Assembly: GCA_024277515.1 (NCBI GenBank)
Contig: JAJRVB010000311.1
Location: 1 to 32,730, forward strand
DNA from: Nitrospirota bacterium
GTDB taxonomy: Bacteria > Nitrospirota > Thermodesulfovibrionia > UBA6902
Length of the DNA stretch: 32,730 nucleotides
Reading direction: 5' to 3'
A model generated the notes under the pieces. The model was given only the letters and a program-made list of their open reading frames with translations, searched no databases and was not told the origin of the DNA. The position numbers and the translations under genes were made by a program. How positions within the stretch are numbered: the first letter of the stretch is position 1; each line of letters starts with the position of its first letter. Shown here in pieces: positions 9,030-16,903 of this stretch.

Positions 9030-10688
9030 ATGAATACAATAAAGTCACTGCTAAGACAATTCAGGGCCCTCCCGATCAGCCTCAGTCTCAAGTTTGTTAT
9101 CGGCGTTGCCGTCGCATTGTCCATAGTGATGGGAATATCACTCTATTTTATTAATGAGAACCATGAAAGGCTTGTCATGAAACAGGTCGATATTCAGGCT
9201 AAGGCCCTGTTCCAGCAGATTGTCCTCACCCGCAAATGGATTGCGGACCATGGCGGTATTTTTGTGGAACAGGCCCCCTGGAAGACGCCGAGTCCTTATA
9301 TTACTGAACCGGAAATTGTTGATCTGCAGGGAAGAAAATATATGAAGCTGACACCGGCCATGGTCACAAAGGAACTCTCAACATATGCAAAGGAGAAAGG
9401 GCTCTATTCGTTTCATATTACAAGCCTTAAGCTCATTAATCCTGAAAATGCACCGGATGACTTTGAAAGGGCCGCCCTTAAGGAATTCGAGATGAAGGTG
9501 ACAAAAGAAACGAGCAGGGTTGAAGAAAAAGGGCCTGATTATTTTTACAGATATATAGCGCCTCTTTATATTGAAGAAGCCTGCCTCAAGTGTCACGCCC
9601 ATCAGGGCTACAAGATCGGAGATGTAAGAGGGGCAATCAGTGTTTCCGTCCCGATGAACTCCGCGCTCCTGATGATCCGCTCCGGAAAGAGGGGGCTGAT
9701 TCTTACGAGCGGTCTGACAATAGGAGTTCTGATGATCGTGCTTTATGTGATGATGAAAGAGCTTGTATTGAGACCGGTCCATGAGTTGAAGAACTCTATC
9801 AAGGGTTTTTCACGCGGCAAAATATCTCATACGGATTTTATCAACACAGGAGATGAACTGCAGGAGTTGAGCAACTCATTTGCTGAAATGTCACAAACGC
9901 TGACTAATTATCATTCTGACCTCGAAAACAGGGTCCATATGGCGACTGCCGGGCTTGAAAAGGCGAATGAACGGCTTACGGAACTGAACGAAAAGAAGTC
10001 TGATTTTATCGCGCAGATTTCGCATGAATTGAGAACGCCGATGACATCTATCAAGGGCGCAATGGACTATATTTCAGCAAAGATCGCGCGGGATGGAAAC
10101 GATGCTGACGACCTGATGGAGTTTCTGGATGTCATTAAAAATAATGCGGACAGGCTCATCAGAATGGTCAACGATACCCTCGATCTTGAACGCATAGAAT
10201 CCGGAATGTTTGACCTGCATTATGACCATTTCGACCTGCTCTCTCTTGTAAAAGAGGTGATAATAAGTTTTCAGACCATTACGAATGAACGGAATATTGT
10301 GTTTAACATAAAGGCGCGTTCCGATATTATCGTGAATGCTGATCAGGACAGGATTAGGCAGGTACTGATAAATCTGGTGTCGAATGCGATCAATTACAGC
10401 CCTGATAATGCTGATGTTCAAATTACCGTTACGGAAACAGGTGACAGCGTGAAGGTAACCCTTAAAGACGAGGGGCCGGGTATCCCTGCTGATGTACAGG
10501 AAAAAATATTTGATAAATTCTATACAATAGGCAAGAGATACGGGACAGGGCTGGGACTCGCGATATGCAGGGGCATCATTGAAGCACACAGGGGAGTGAT
10601 CCGGGTTGAGAACATTCCGGGACACAAAGGGAGCGCTATTTATTTCAGTATTCCCAAAAACGGCGGGGCAAAAGATAACGGTGATTAA
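9030..10688 (+). CDS. sensor histidine kinase with extracytoplasmic haem-c (CXXCH) sensor domain, HAMP, HisKA, HATPase
   Basis: There are two TM segments flanking a ~200-aa domain that ends in CLKCHAHQGYKIGDVRGAISVSVP (from memory, a DUF3365-like domain). The H-box is HELRTPMTSI, with N/G boxes further on (NAINYS, DEGPGI, GTGLGL). An AAGGA RBS precedes ATG 9030. Confidence 0.8.
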   Translation: MNTIKSLLRQFRALPISLSLKFVIGVAVALSIVMGISLYFINENHERLVMKQVDIQAKALFQQIVLTRKWIADHGGIFVEQAPWKTPSPYITEPEIVDLQGRKYMKLTPAMVTKELSTYAKEKGLYSFHITSLKLINPENAPDDFERAALKEFEMKVTKETSRVEEKGPDYFYRYIAPLYIEEACLKCHAHQGYKIGDVRGAISVSVPMNSALLMIRSGKRGLILTSGLTIGVLMIVLYVMMKELVLRPVHELKNSIKGFSRGKISHTDFINTGDELQELSNSFAEMSQTLTNYHSDLENRVHMATAGLEKANERLTELNEKKSDFIAQISHELRTPMTSIKGAMDYISAKIARDGNDADDLMEFLDVIKNNADRLIRMVNDTLDLERIESGMFDLHYDHFDLLSLVKEVIISFQTITNERNIVFNIKARSDIIVNADQDRIRQVLINLVSNAINYSPDNADVQITVTETGDSVKVTLKDEGPGIPADVQEKIFDKFYTIGKRYGTGLGLAICRGIIEAHRGVIRVENIPGHKGSAIYFSIPKNGGAKDNGD

Positions 10689-10699
10689 AAGGAGAAACT

Positions 10700-11383
10700 T
10701 TGAACAACAGGATACTGGCAGTAGATGATGATAAAGATATACTGAAAGTCCTGAAGGCAAACCTCGAACTTCACGGGTATGATGTGTATACGGCGGAGAA
10801 CTGGACAGAAGGACGGGAATCGTTGTCTGTATACATGCCTGACCTTATCATTCTTGATGTTATGCTGCCTGACGGAGATGGGACCGAGATCTGTCGTGAC
10901 GTCAGGAAAGAGATGCCTGATATCCCCATAATTATGCTGACTGCGAAAGACAAGGTCTCAGATAAAGTGTTCGGACTCGAGAGCGGCGCTGATGATTATG
11001 TGGTAAAACCGTTTGAGACACTTGAACTGGTTGCCCGGATCAAGGCGTGTCTTCGCAGGGTGCCTGTACCGGCTGCTGAAGACAAGGTGACCATAGGGGC
11101 ACTGAAAGTCGACTGCAGAAAGCGGCTTGTATCCGTATCAGGGAAACAGGTTGCGCTCACCCCCAAGGAATACGACCTGCTCTGCTTTTTTATAAATCAC
11201 CGGGGGGAAGCGGTAAGCCGTGACTCGATCAGAAAAAATATCTGGAAGGGCTCGCATATCTATTCATGGAGCAGAGTGATAGATGTTCATATTCAGCATC
11301 TCAGGCAAAAAATTGAAAAAGACCCCTCAAATCCCCGATATATCTTAACGGTGCCCGGTGCGGGTTACCGGTTTGCCGACTGA
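10700..11383 (+). CDS. OmpR/PhoB-family response regulator (receiver + winged helix)
   Basis: The receiver domain shows DDDKD...D(54-like)VMLPDGDG...K, and the C-terminal winged helix ends in LTVPGAGYRF. The start is TTG, preceded by AAGGAGAAAC. Confidence 0.9.
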   Translation: MNNRILAVDDDKDILKVLKANLELHGYDVYTAENWTEGRESLSVYMPDLIILDVMLPDGDGTEICRDVRKEMPDIPIIMLTAKDKVSDKVFGLESGADDYVVKPFETLELVARIKACLRRVPVPAAEDKVTIGALKVDCRKRLVSVSGKQVALTPKEYDLLCFFINHRGEAVSRDSIRKNIWKGSHIYSWSRVIDVHIQHLRQKIEKDPSNPRYILTVPGAGYRFAD

Positions 11384-11409
11384 CGATATTACTTTCTACT
11401 CTCAAGGTC

Positions 11410-11447
11410 TTTACATCTTCTTTACACACATTAACAGCACATTTACA
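11410..11447 (+). promoter_or_regulatory. second copy of the four-hexamer operator, upstream of the NapD-like/HAO-like operon
   Basis: The plus strand reads TTTACATCTTCTTTACACACATTAACAGCACATTTACA. Its reverse complement is 34/38 identical to 8795-8832. It lies 116 nt upstream of ATG 11564 and has the same orientation relative to its operon as the nap copy. Confidence 0.6.
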
Positions 11448-11563
11448 AAGAAATCTGATAAAAAATAATTAGTATTGCGGTATCGAAAATTATCCGGTTT
11501 CATCCCGATACATCGGGACATTTTTCTAACTGCATTACCCTGATTAATGGAAATGGGGAGAGC

Positions 11564-11839
11564 ATGGTAGTTGCAAGCGGAATTATCGAGATAGAAGACA
11601 TGAATGATCTGCAGAACATTGTTGCTGCTTTAAAAAATAACAGGGTGGAAATCAATGATATTGATTCAGCAAACATTCTATTTATTCTCGAGAGAGAAAA
11701 TATCGGTGAAGTAAAGGGTGAGATAGAGTCTGTAAAACAGATAGCGGGAGTTAAACATGTGCATATCACATATTACAGCATGGAGGGCATGGATGACGGG
11801 ACAGAACCAGGGGGCAGCGAGAAAGAAAGCAGCAGGTGA
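11564..11839 (+). CDS. NapD-like small protein (paralogue of the napD at 3229-3492)
   Basis: This 91-aa protein shares the hydrophobic/acidic pattern of NapD (IIEIED...VEIND...ILFILERENI...I..I..I.GV.HV.I.YY). The GGGGAGAG RBS fits. The assignment is by eye only. Confidence 0.45.
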   Translation: MVVASGIIEIEDMNDLQNIVAALKNNRVEINDIDSANILFILERENIGEVKGEIESVKQIAGVKHVHITYYSMEGMDDGTEPGGSEKESSR

Positions 11840-11961
11840 AAGGAGGAAAGCAAAAAAGGAAGACCAAGTATATTTTCAAGAGGAGGTGATGCATTTTTAA
11901 GGGCGTGATGACGTATTTGTATTGAGAAGATCAAGGTTTCAGAAAATAAAGGAGGGGAAAA

Positions 11962-13422
11962 ATGAAAAAAATGATAACCCTGGCAATTGCCGCCTGTATC
12001 CTGGCACTGGGAACAAGCGCATATGCCATCACAAAGATCAACATCCCGAAAGACGTGTCAAAGACCAGCCAGGAATGCATTGAGTGCCACAAAGCGACAA
12101 CGGTCAACATTTACCAGCAATGGGGCAACAGTAAACATTTTCGCGCCAATGTCGGGTGTTATGAATGCCACGAGGCCAAGAAGGGCGAGTCGGATGCATT
12201 TGAACACGAAGGTAAATTCATTTCCATTATTGTATCTCCGAAGGATTGCGCAAGATGCCATGAGAGGGAAGTTGATGAATTTACCAATTCACATCATGCC
12301 AAGGCAGGAAGGATCATGGGATCTCTGGACAATATTCTTGCTGAGGTTGTCGAAGGCAACAGGGGCATGATAACAGAGGCTTTCCCCCGCGGTGTTTCTG
12401 CTGCTGCAGTCAACGGTTGCTGGCAGTGCCACGGCTCTGTTGTGAAAGTCAATAAAGACGGGAGGCTTGACCCGGCCACCTGGCCTAACACCGGTATGGG
12501 AAGGGTAAACCCCGACGGTTCGGAGGGTAGCTGTACAGCATGTCACCAGCGCCATGAATTCTCGGCTGCACAGGTCCGCCAGCCGGGGAACTGTGGTAAA
12601 TGCCATCAGGGGCCGGACCATCCACAATATGAGATATATAAACTTTCAAAGCATGGAATTAGCTATTTCGCCAACATGGATGATATGAACCTCGATTCTC
12701 CCAAATGGATTGTTGGAGAAGATTATTCTATAGCGCCTACATGTGCAACCTGCCATATGTCGGCTACCAGTGATATGCCTGTCACTCACAACGTGGGTCT
12801 GCGTATCAAGTGGAACAACCGTCCGCCGCGGATTAAACAGGCCCACGAGACGGATAAGAGGTGGGGACTGGCCTCCGCCAAAATTACAGGCGACATGCGT
12901 AAGGCAAACATGGTCAAGGTCTGTGTCAACTGTCACGGCGAAAAATTTGTGGAAGGCTTTTACATTCAGTATGAAGCCCAGCTGCAACTCTACGATAAGA
13001 AATGGGCAGAACCCGGCTTAAGGCTCTATAAAAAGGCTACAGAAGTTCTAAAGGCCATGCAGGGCAAAGAATACGCCAAGTTTTCCCAGAAGATTGACTA
13101 TACATGGTTTGAGCTCTGGCACCATGAGGGTCGAATTGTTCGCCATGCAGCATCCATGATGGGACCGGATTATACACAATGGGAGGGCAACTATATCTTA
13201 GCCAAAAACTGGTATAGCGAGTATATTCCGGAGTTAAAAGAAATCATCGAAGAGGCCAAGCACAGTAATCGTAAGGCCAAAAAGCTTGGAGGCGAATTAG
13301 AGAAGATGCTCACTGAGATTACGAATAATGACGATCACAAGTGGTCCATCGGTAAAGAAGATGCCGCAGTTAAAGCAGATCGTAAGAAACGCCAAAAAGA
13401 GTTTAAAGCTCGTTATAAATAG
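11962..13422 (+). CDS. octahaem cytochrome c, hydroxylamine oxidoreductase (HAO/epsilon-Hao-like) family
   Basis: It has a Sec signal peptide (ALGTSAYA) and eight CXXCH motifs (CIECH, CYECH, CARCH, CWQCH, CTACH, CGKCH, CATCH, CVNCH). The block GRVNPDGSEGSCTACHQRHEFS...CGKCHQGPDHPQYEIYKLSKHG and the WHHEG motif recall HAO-family proteins. A strong AAGGAGGGG RBS precedes the start. Confidence 0.65.
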   Translation: MKKMITLAIAACILALGTSAYAITKINIPKDVSKTSQECIECHKATTVNIYQQWGNSKHFRANVGCYECHEAKKGESDAFEHEGKFISIIVSPKDCARCHEREVDEFTNSHHAKAGRIMGSLDNILAEVVEGNRGMITEAFPRGVSAAAVNGCWQCHGSVVKVNKDGRLDPATWPNTGMGRVNPDGSEGSCTACHQRHEFSAAQVRQPGNCGKCHQGPDHPQYEIYKLSKHGISYFANMDDMNLDSPKWIVGEDYSIAPTCATCHMSATSDMPVTHNVGLRIKWNNRPPRIKQAHETDKRWGLASAKITGDMRKANMVKVCVNCHGEKFVEGFYIQYEAQLQLYDKKWAEPGLRLYKKATEVLKAMQGKEYAKFSQKIDYTWFELWHHEGRIVRHAASMMGPDYTQWEGNYILAKNWYSEYIPELKEIIEEAKHSNRKAKKLGGELEKMLTEITNNDDHKWSIGKEDAAVKADRKKRQKEFKARYK

Positions 13423-13478
13423 TGCTTGAGCAGGATGAGAATTAACTCTACTGATTTGAAGAATCACTGAGTCCTCTT

Positions 13479-13531
13479 GATGGGGAGGAAAACAGGGCAA
13501 AAAGATTACCACTTGCCTTTTCCTCCCCATC
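13479..13531 (+). terminator. long hairpin downstream of the HAO-like gene (14-bp perfect arms GATGGGGAGGAAAA / TTTTCCTCCCCATC plus inner GGCAA/TTGCC)
   Basis: The hairpin was read directly and lies 57 nt after the stop codon. No U-tract follows, so its role as an intrinsic terminator is uncertain. Confidence 0.4.
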
Positions 13532-13556
13532 ACTCCCGCCTGCATTCATTATATGA

Positions 13557-13724
13557 GTATCCATTATGGGTATCATCGGGACATAAAAATGCAAAAATCA
13601 AAGACCAAAGATCAAAATTAAGGAAAATATTTTATATTATAATAACTTCCATAATTTTGATCTTTTATGTTTAATATTTGATCTTGCATTGCCTTGCTGT
13701 TTTTGCCCGTAACTGAATGCTTAC
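13557..13724 (-). mobile_element. MITE-like foldback element, copy A (inverted relative to B and C)
   Basis: Its reverse complement aligns along its length to 16018-16191 and 21748-21921. The right end is GTAACTGAATGCTTAC. The copy is flanked by ATATGA at 13551-13556 and 13725-13730. Confidence 0.7.
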
Positions 13725-13871
13725 ATATGACATCTAAATTTTATTTATAATAATGCCGAATACATTGTATGAGGTAAAGCAGCCCTACGAGGCGAACAAG
13801 CCTAACCGTCTGATATTACACATTATTATTTTATATATGGATTTTATTTAAAAAAATAGCATACACTACTT

Positions 13872-14615
13872 ATGATTATGATGATTCTGGTCTTTTTGTT
13901 ATCAATACTGTTCATCCCGTCTGTGGCTGACGCATGGGCGCCCCTCACACATGTATATCTTGGATATCAGGTGCTCGATTTTGGCGCTGCCCTTATCCCT
14001 GCCGGCATTTATACCCTCTTAAGGAAATACAGGAATGATTTTCTGTATGGAAATCTGAGCGCTGATATCATACTCGGCAGGAGGTTTCAGGGGATCGAGA
14101 AAAACTCCCATAACTGGGACATTGCATGGAAACTGTTCGGATCAGCCAAAACGGACCGTCAGCAGGCCTTTGCCTATGGCTACCTGATGCACCTGTGTGC
14201 TGATACCGTCATACATAACATGGAAAAATCAAGCATCCCTTTCAGCCACTCCCTGATTGAGATAAAGGCTGACAGCATTGTCGACAAGAAATACAGGAGG
14301 ATCCTGAAACGGCTTGACAAGGCAATGCAAAAAAAGAATGATGTCTTTATGGAGAGAAAACTTGAGAGTCTTTTCTTTTCTTTCAAGACGAACAAGAGGA
14401 TATTCAAGGGAATGCTCGTCCTGTCAAGACTGCCCAATTACACACCCGTATCGAATTTTATTGATCATCGCTTTCCATACAAAATTACTGTGGGGGACAT
14501 CTATAACTTCCGGCAGGAGTCCCTGGACCGCATGGTCGAGCTGTTAAACAATGGAAGAGATTCTGAAGTGCTGAAAGACCATCCGCTTGGACGATATCAG
14601 CGAAAAGCCTCTTAG
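13872..14615 (+). CDS. secreted zinc-dependent phospholipase C / S1-P1 nuclease superfamily protein
   Basis: The signal peptide ends in VADA followed by WAPLTH, so the mature N-terminus would be Trp, as in Zn-PLC and P1 nuclease. His/Asp-rich motifs are present (YGNLSADI, YLMHLCADTVIHN). Confidence 0.5.
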   Translation: MIMMILVFLLSILFIPSVADAWAPLTHVYLGYQVLDFGAALIPAGIYTLLRKYRNDFLYGNLSADIILGRRFQGIEKNSHNWDIAWKLFGSAKTDRQQAFAYGYLMHLCADTVIHNMEKSSIPFSHSLIEIKADSIVDKKYRRILKRLDKAMQKKNDVFMERKLESLFFSFKTNKRIFKGMLVLSRLPNYTPVSNFIDHRFPYKITVGDIYNFRQESLDRMVELLNNGRDSEVLKDHPLGRYQRKAS

Positions 14616-14764
14616 AATTAATGCATCATAACCATCTCCGTATATTCAAATCCATATTCCATTTCAAACATCCAGATGAGCGGTATATTGTGTTTTTGAC
14701 TGATTTTTGTTAGGATTTTAGCTCATTCGAGAGAGCAATATACTGAAAAGAGGATTGTAATTAC

Positions 14765-15505
14765 ATGGAAGATCACGAAGCCAGGGCGATTATTGAAGCA
14801 TTACTATTTATGGCCGGTGAGCCGGTCACACTCGATAAACTGAGAAAGATCACAGAGGTTGACAAATATAACACGGAGCGGCTTGTGCGGGAGCTGATCA
14901 GCGAATATTCAACGAAGCATACGGGCCTCTTTATCGCGGAAGTGGCTGAGGGCTATCAGATGGTGACCAATCCTGCCTGCGCCCCCTGGATCAAGAAACT
15001 CCTTTCGACAGCAGTACCCAAGAAGCTGACACAGTCATCTCTTGAAACCATGGCAATTATCGCCTATAAACAACCCATTATCAAGGCTGAAATAGAGGCC
15101 ATAAGGGGTGTCAACTCAGACGGAGTGGTCAAGACGCTGCTCGAGAGGCGGCTTGTGAAAATTCTTGGAAGAAAAGAGGTGCCGGGCCGGCCGCTCATGT
15201 ATGGTACAACCCCGGAGTTTTTGCAGTATTTTGGACTGAAGGACCTGTCTGAACTCCCCACGCTCAAGGAGTTTCAGGAGGCTGATATACCTGAACCGCC
15301 CGAGTTACTGCCTGAAAAGGAGGGCGAACAGGGGCCGGACGGCCCTCAATCAGGTGACGCCGCTCTATCTGATGCAGGGCAAACAGAAGATAAGCTGGAT
15401 CAGGATACTCTGTCCGGTGAAGAGGGACAGGGCGTTGATAATGGGCTGTCTTCCGGGGATGAAGGGCTGTCCGGAAAGACAATGGGCCGCTCTGCTGAAC
15501 AATAG
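14765..15505 (+). CDS. scpB: segregation and condensation protein B
   Basis: The N-terminus reads IEALLFMAGEPVTLDKL, and the winged-helix repeats include AYKQPIIKAEIEAIRGV...LL.R.LV. The protein carries an acidic, Gly-rich C-terminal tail. Confidence 0.85.
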   Translation: MEDHEARAIIEALLFMAGEPVTLDKLRKITEVDKYNTERLVRELISEYSTKHTGLFIAEVAEGYQMVTNPACAPWIKKLLSTAVPKKLTQSSLETMAIIAYKQPIIKAEIEAIRGVNSDGVVKTLLERRLVKILGRKEVPGRPLMYGTTPEFLQYFGLKDLSELPTLKEFQEADIPEPPELLPEKEGEQGPDGPQSGDAALSDAGQTEDKLDQDTLSGEEGQGVDNGLSSGDEGLSGKTMGRSAEQ

Positions 15506-15519
15506 TCTGTTGCGCAGGA

Positions 15520-15906
15520 TCAGAAGAAAGATATATCTTTCGTAGCTGACGTGACGACAAAAACGCTTTTATTGTTACCCTGCAGGTCTGCCGGTGTTAC
15601 GAAAAACCCCTGCTGACCATAAGGCAGATAGGGCGTGTAGCCTATCAATACTTCCCCATCATTAAACTCGACCTGAACCTTGTTGCCGCCCCACGGAATA
15701 TAATCCCTGTACGTGTACGCATACTGTTTGTTTCCATTGTAACTTTTCACAAGAAACGCCGCCTTCATCTTTTCAAGATCAACCTTTACCAGTTCACCGC
15801 TTGTAAGCCGTAAATGAAAGAATGTTTTCTGAGGGGAAAAGTCCCGTATACGTCCTTTCATTAATGATTTGTCTTTTAATCTGACCACTACTTTTTCTTT
15901 TAGCAT
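15520..15906 (-). CDS. hypothetical protein (128 aa, beta-rich)
   Basis: A good GGAGG RBS precedes the start and the ORF is clean and convergent with scpB. I did not recognise a family. Confidence 0.5.
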   Translation of the reverse strand: MLKEKVVVRLKDKSLMKGRIRDFSPQKTFFHLRLTSGELVKVDLEKMKAAFLVKSYNGNKQYAYTYRDYIPWGGNKVQVEFNDGEVLIGYTPYLPYGQQGFFVTPADLQGNNKSVFVVTSATKDISFF

Positions 15907-16017
15907 CCCTCTACCTCCATACTTTCACCAAGGGTGGAATTTGATATTATTATTGACTATCAAATCCGAAAAAAAAGTAATCCTGCTCACAAAATGATAA
16001 TTGGTGAGAGAAAAATT

Positions 16018-16191
16018 GTAACTATTCAGTTACGGGTAATAATAGCAGGCAAGAAAAGATCAAATATTTAAAATAAAAAATCAAAATTATGGAAGGGATT
16101 TTATAATATAAATAAATCTCCTTAATTTTGATCTATGGTTTTTGATTTTTACATTTCACTGTCCAAATGATACTTGTAACTGAATCATTAC
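16018..16191 (+). mobile_element. MITE-like foldback element, copy B
   Basis: The terminal inverted repeats are GTAACTATTCAGTTAC and GTAACTGAATCATTAC, 14/16 complementary. The interior is AT-rich and partly palindromic. The flanks are GAAAAATT and GAAATATT. Confidence 0.75.
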
Positions 16192-16221
16192 GAAATATTC
16201 CGTAGTTGCATTGCATATTAT

Positions 16222-16243
16222 ATGTTATAATCATGTTATAACA
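16222..16243 (+). promoter_or_regulatory. 9-bp perfect inverted repeat (ATGTTATAA-N5-TTATAACAT) overlapping a TATAAT box, likely the Phd/Doc operator-promoter
   Basis: It was read directly, 15 nt upstream of the antitoxin ATG and immediately 5' of its AGGAGG RBS. Autoregulation by AbrB-type antitoxins is typical. Confidence 0.45.
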
Positions 16244-16257
16244 TTCAGGAGGTCCGT

Positions 16258-16509
16258 ATGAAGAGAAAAATATGTGCGATCGGCAACAGCAAAGGAATAT
16301 CAATCCCTGTTGATGTACTGGAGGAGCTTAATCTTGCTTTAGGGTCTGATGTAGACATCAAGCTGGATGACAAGCATTCACGCATAGTGATTGAACCGAT
16401 CAGGAAAGAGAGAAAATACCCCAAGGGAGTGGACCAGGAATTTGTTACACAGGTGAATGATTTTATAGAAAAATATGGACCTGCATTAAAAGAGATAGCA
16501 AAGAAGTGA
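16258..16509 (+). CDS. AbrB/MazE/SpoVT-type antitoxin (Phd-role partner of Doc)
   Basis: The N-terminus (AIGNSKGISIPVDVLEELNL..GSDVDI) has the swapped-hairpin AbrB pattern. Its stop overlaps the doc start in a GTGA overlap. Confidence 0.8.
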   Translation: MKRKICAIGNSKGISIPVDVLEELNLALGSDVDIKLDDKHSRIVIEPIRKERKYPKGVDQEFVTQVNDFIEKYGPALKEIAKK

Positions 16510-16889
16510 GGTATCTGTCAGCGGAACAGGTGCTGTTTATTCACAGCAGGCTCATAGACACGACCGGCGGATCACACGGTGTGAGGGACACAGGACTTTT
16601 GCAATCTGCTGTTGAAAGACCGAAATCAACATTTGAAGGCAAAGGTCTGTATCCGGATATATTTCACAAAGCTGCAGCGCTCATGGAATCCCTCACTAAC
16701 AATCATCCGTTTATTGACGGCAACAAAAGGACTGCCATAACAAGTTCCGCCCTGTTTCTCCGCTTCAATGGATTCTTTCTCAATACCTCACAGGAAAAAT
16801 TAGAGAAATTCGCGGTCCGGATGGCAACGGACAACGCATCATTTCAAGATGCTGTTGAATGGTTTAAGAAAAACTCGGATAAAATATAA
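16506..16889 (+). CDS. doc: Doc (death-on-curing) Fic-domain toxin
   Basis: It carries the Fic/Doc motif HPFIDGNKRTA. The N-terminus reads YLSAEQVLFIH, and the 127-aa size fits. Confidence 0.9.
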   Translation: MRYLSAEQVLFIHSRLIDTTGGSHGVRDTGLLQSAVERPKSTFEGKGLYPDIFHKAAALMESLTNNHPFIDGNKRTAITSSALFLRFNGFFLNTSQEKLEKFAVRMATDNASFQDAVEWFKKNSDKI

Positions 16890-16903
16890 TTATCCAAAAA
16901 ACA

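Noticed and set aside
11500-11525. Small hairpin TCCCGAT-AC-ATCGGGA followed by CATTTTT, 40 nt upstream of the NapD-like ORF, considered as an attenuator/terminator
   Set aside because: The loop is too small for the full stem, leaving an effective stem of about 5 bp. The U-tract is short and interrupted, so the evidence is insufficient.
13477-13674. 65-aa ORF spanning the post-hao hairpin and MITE copy A
   Set aside because: It lies inside a hairpin and a repeated non-coding element. The other two MITE copies do not preserve the frame.
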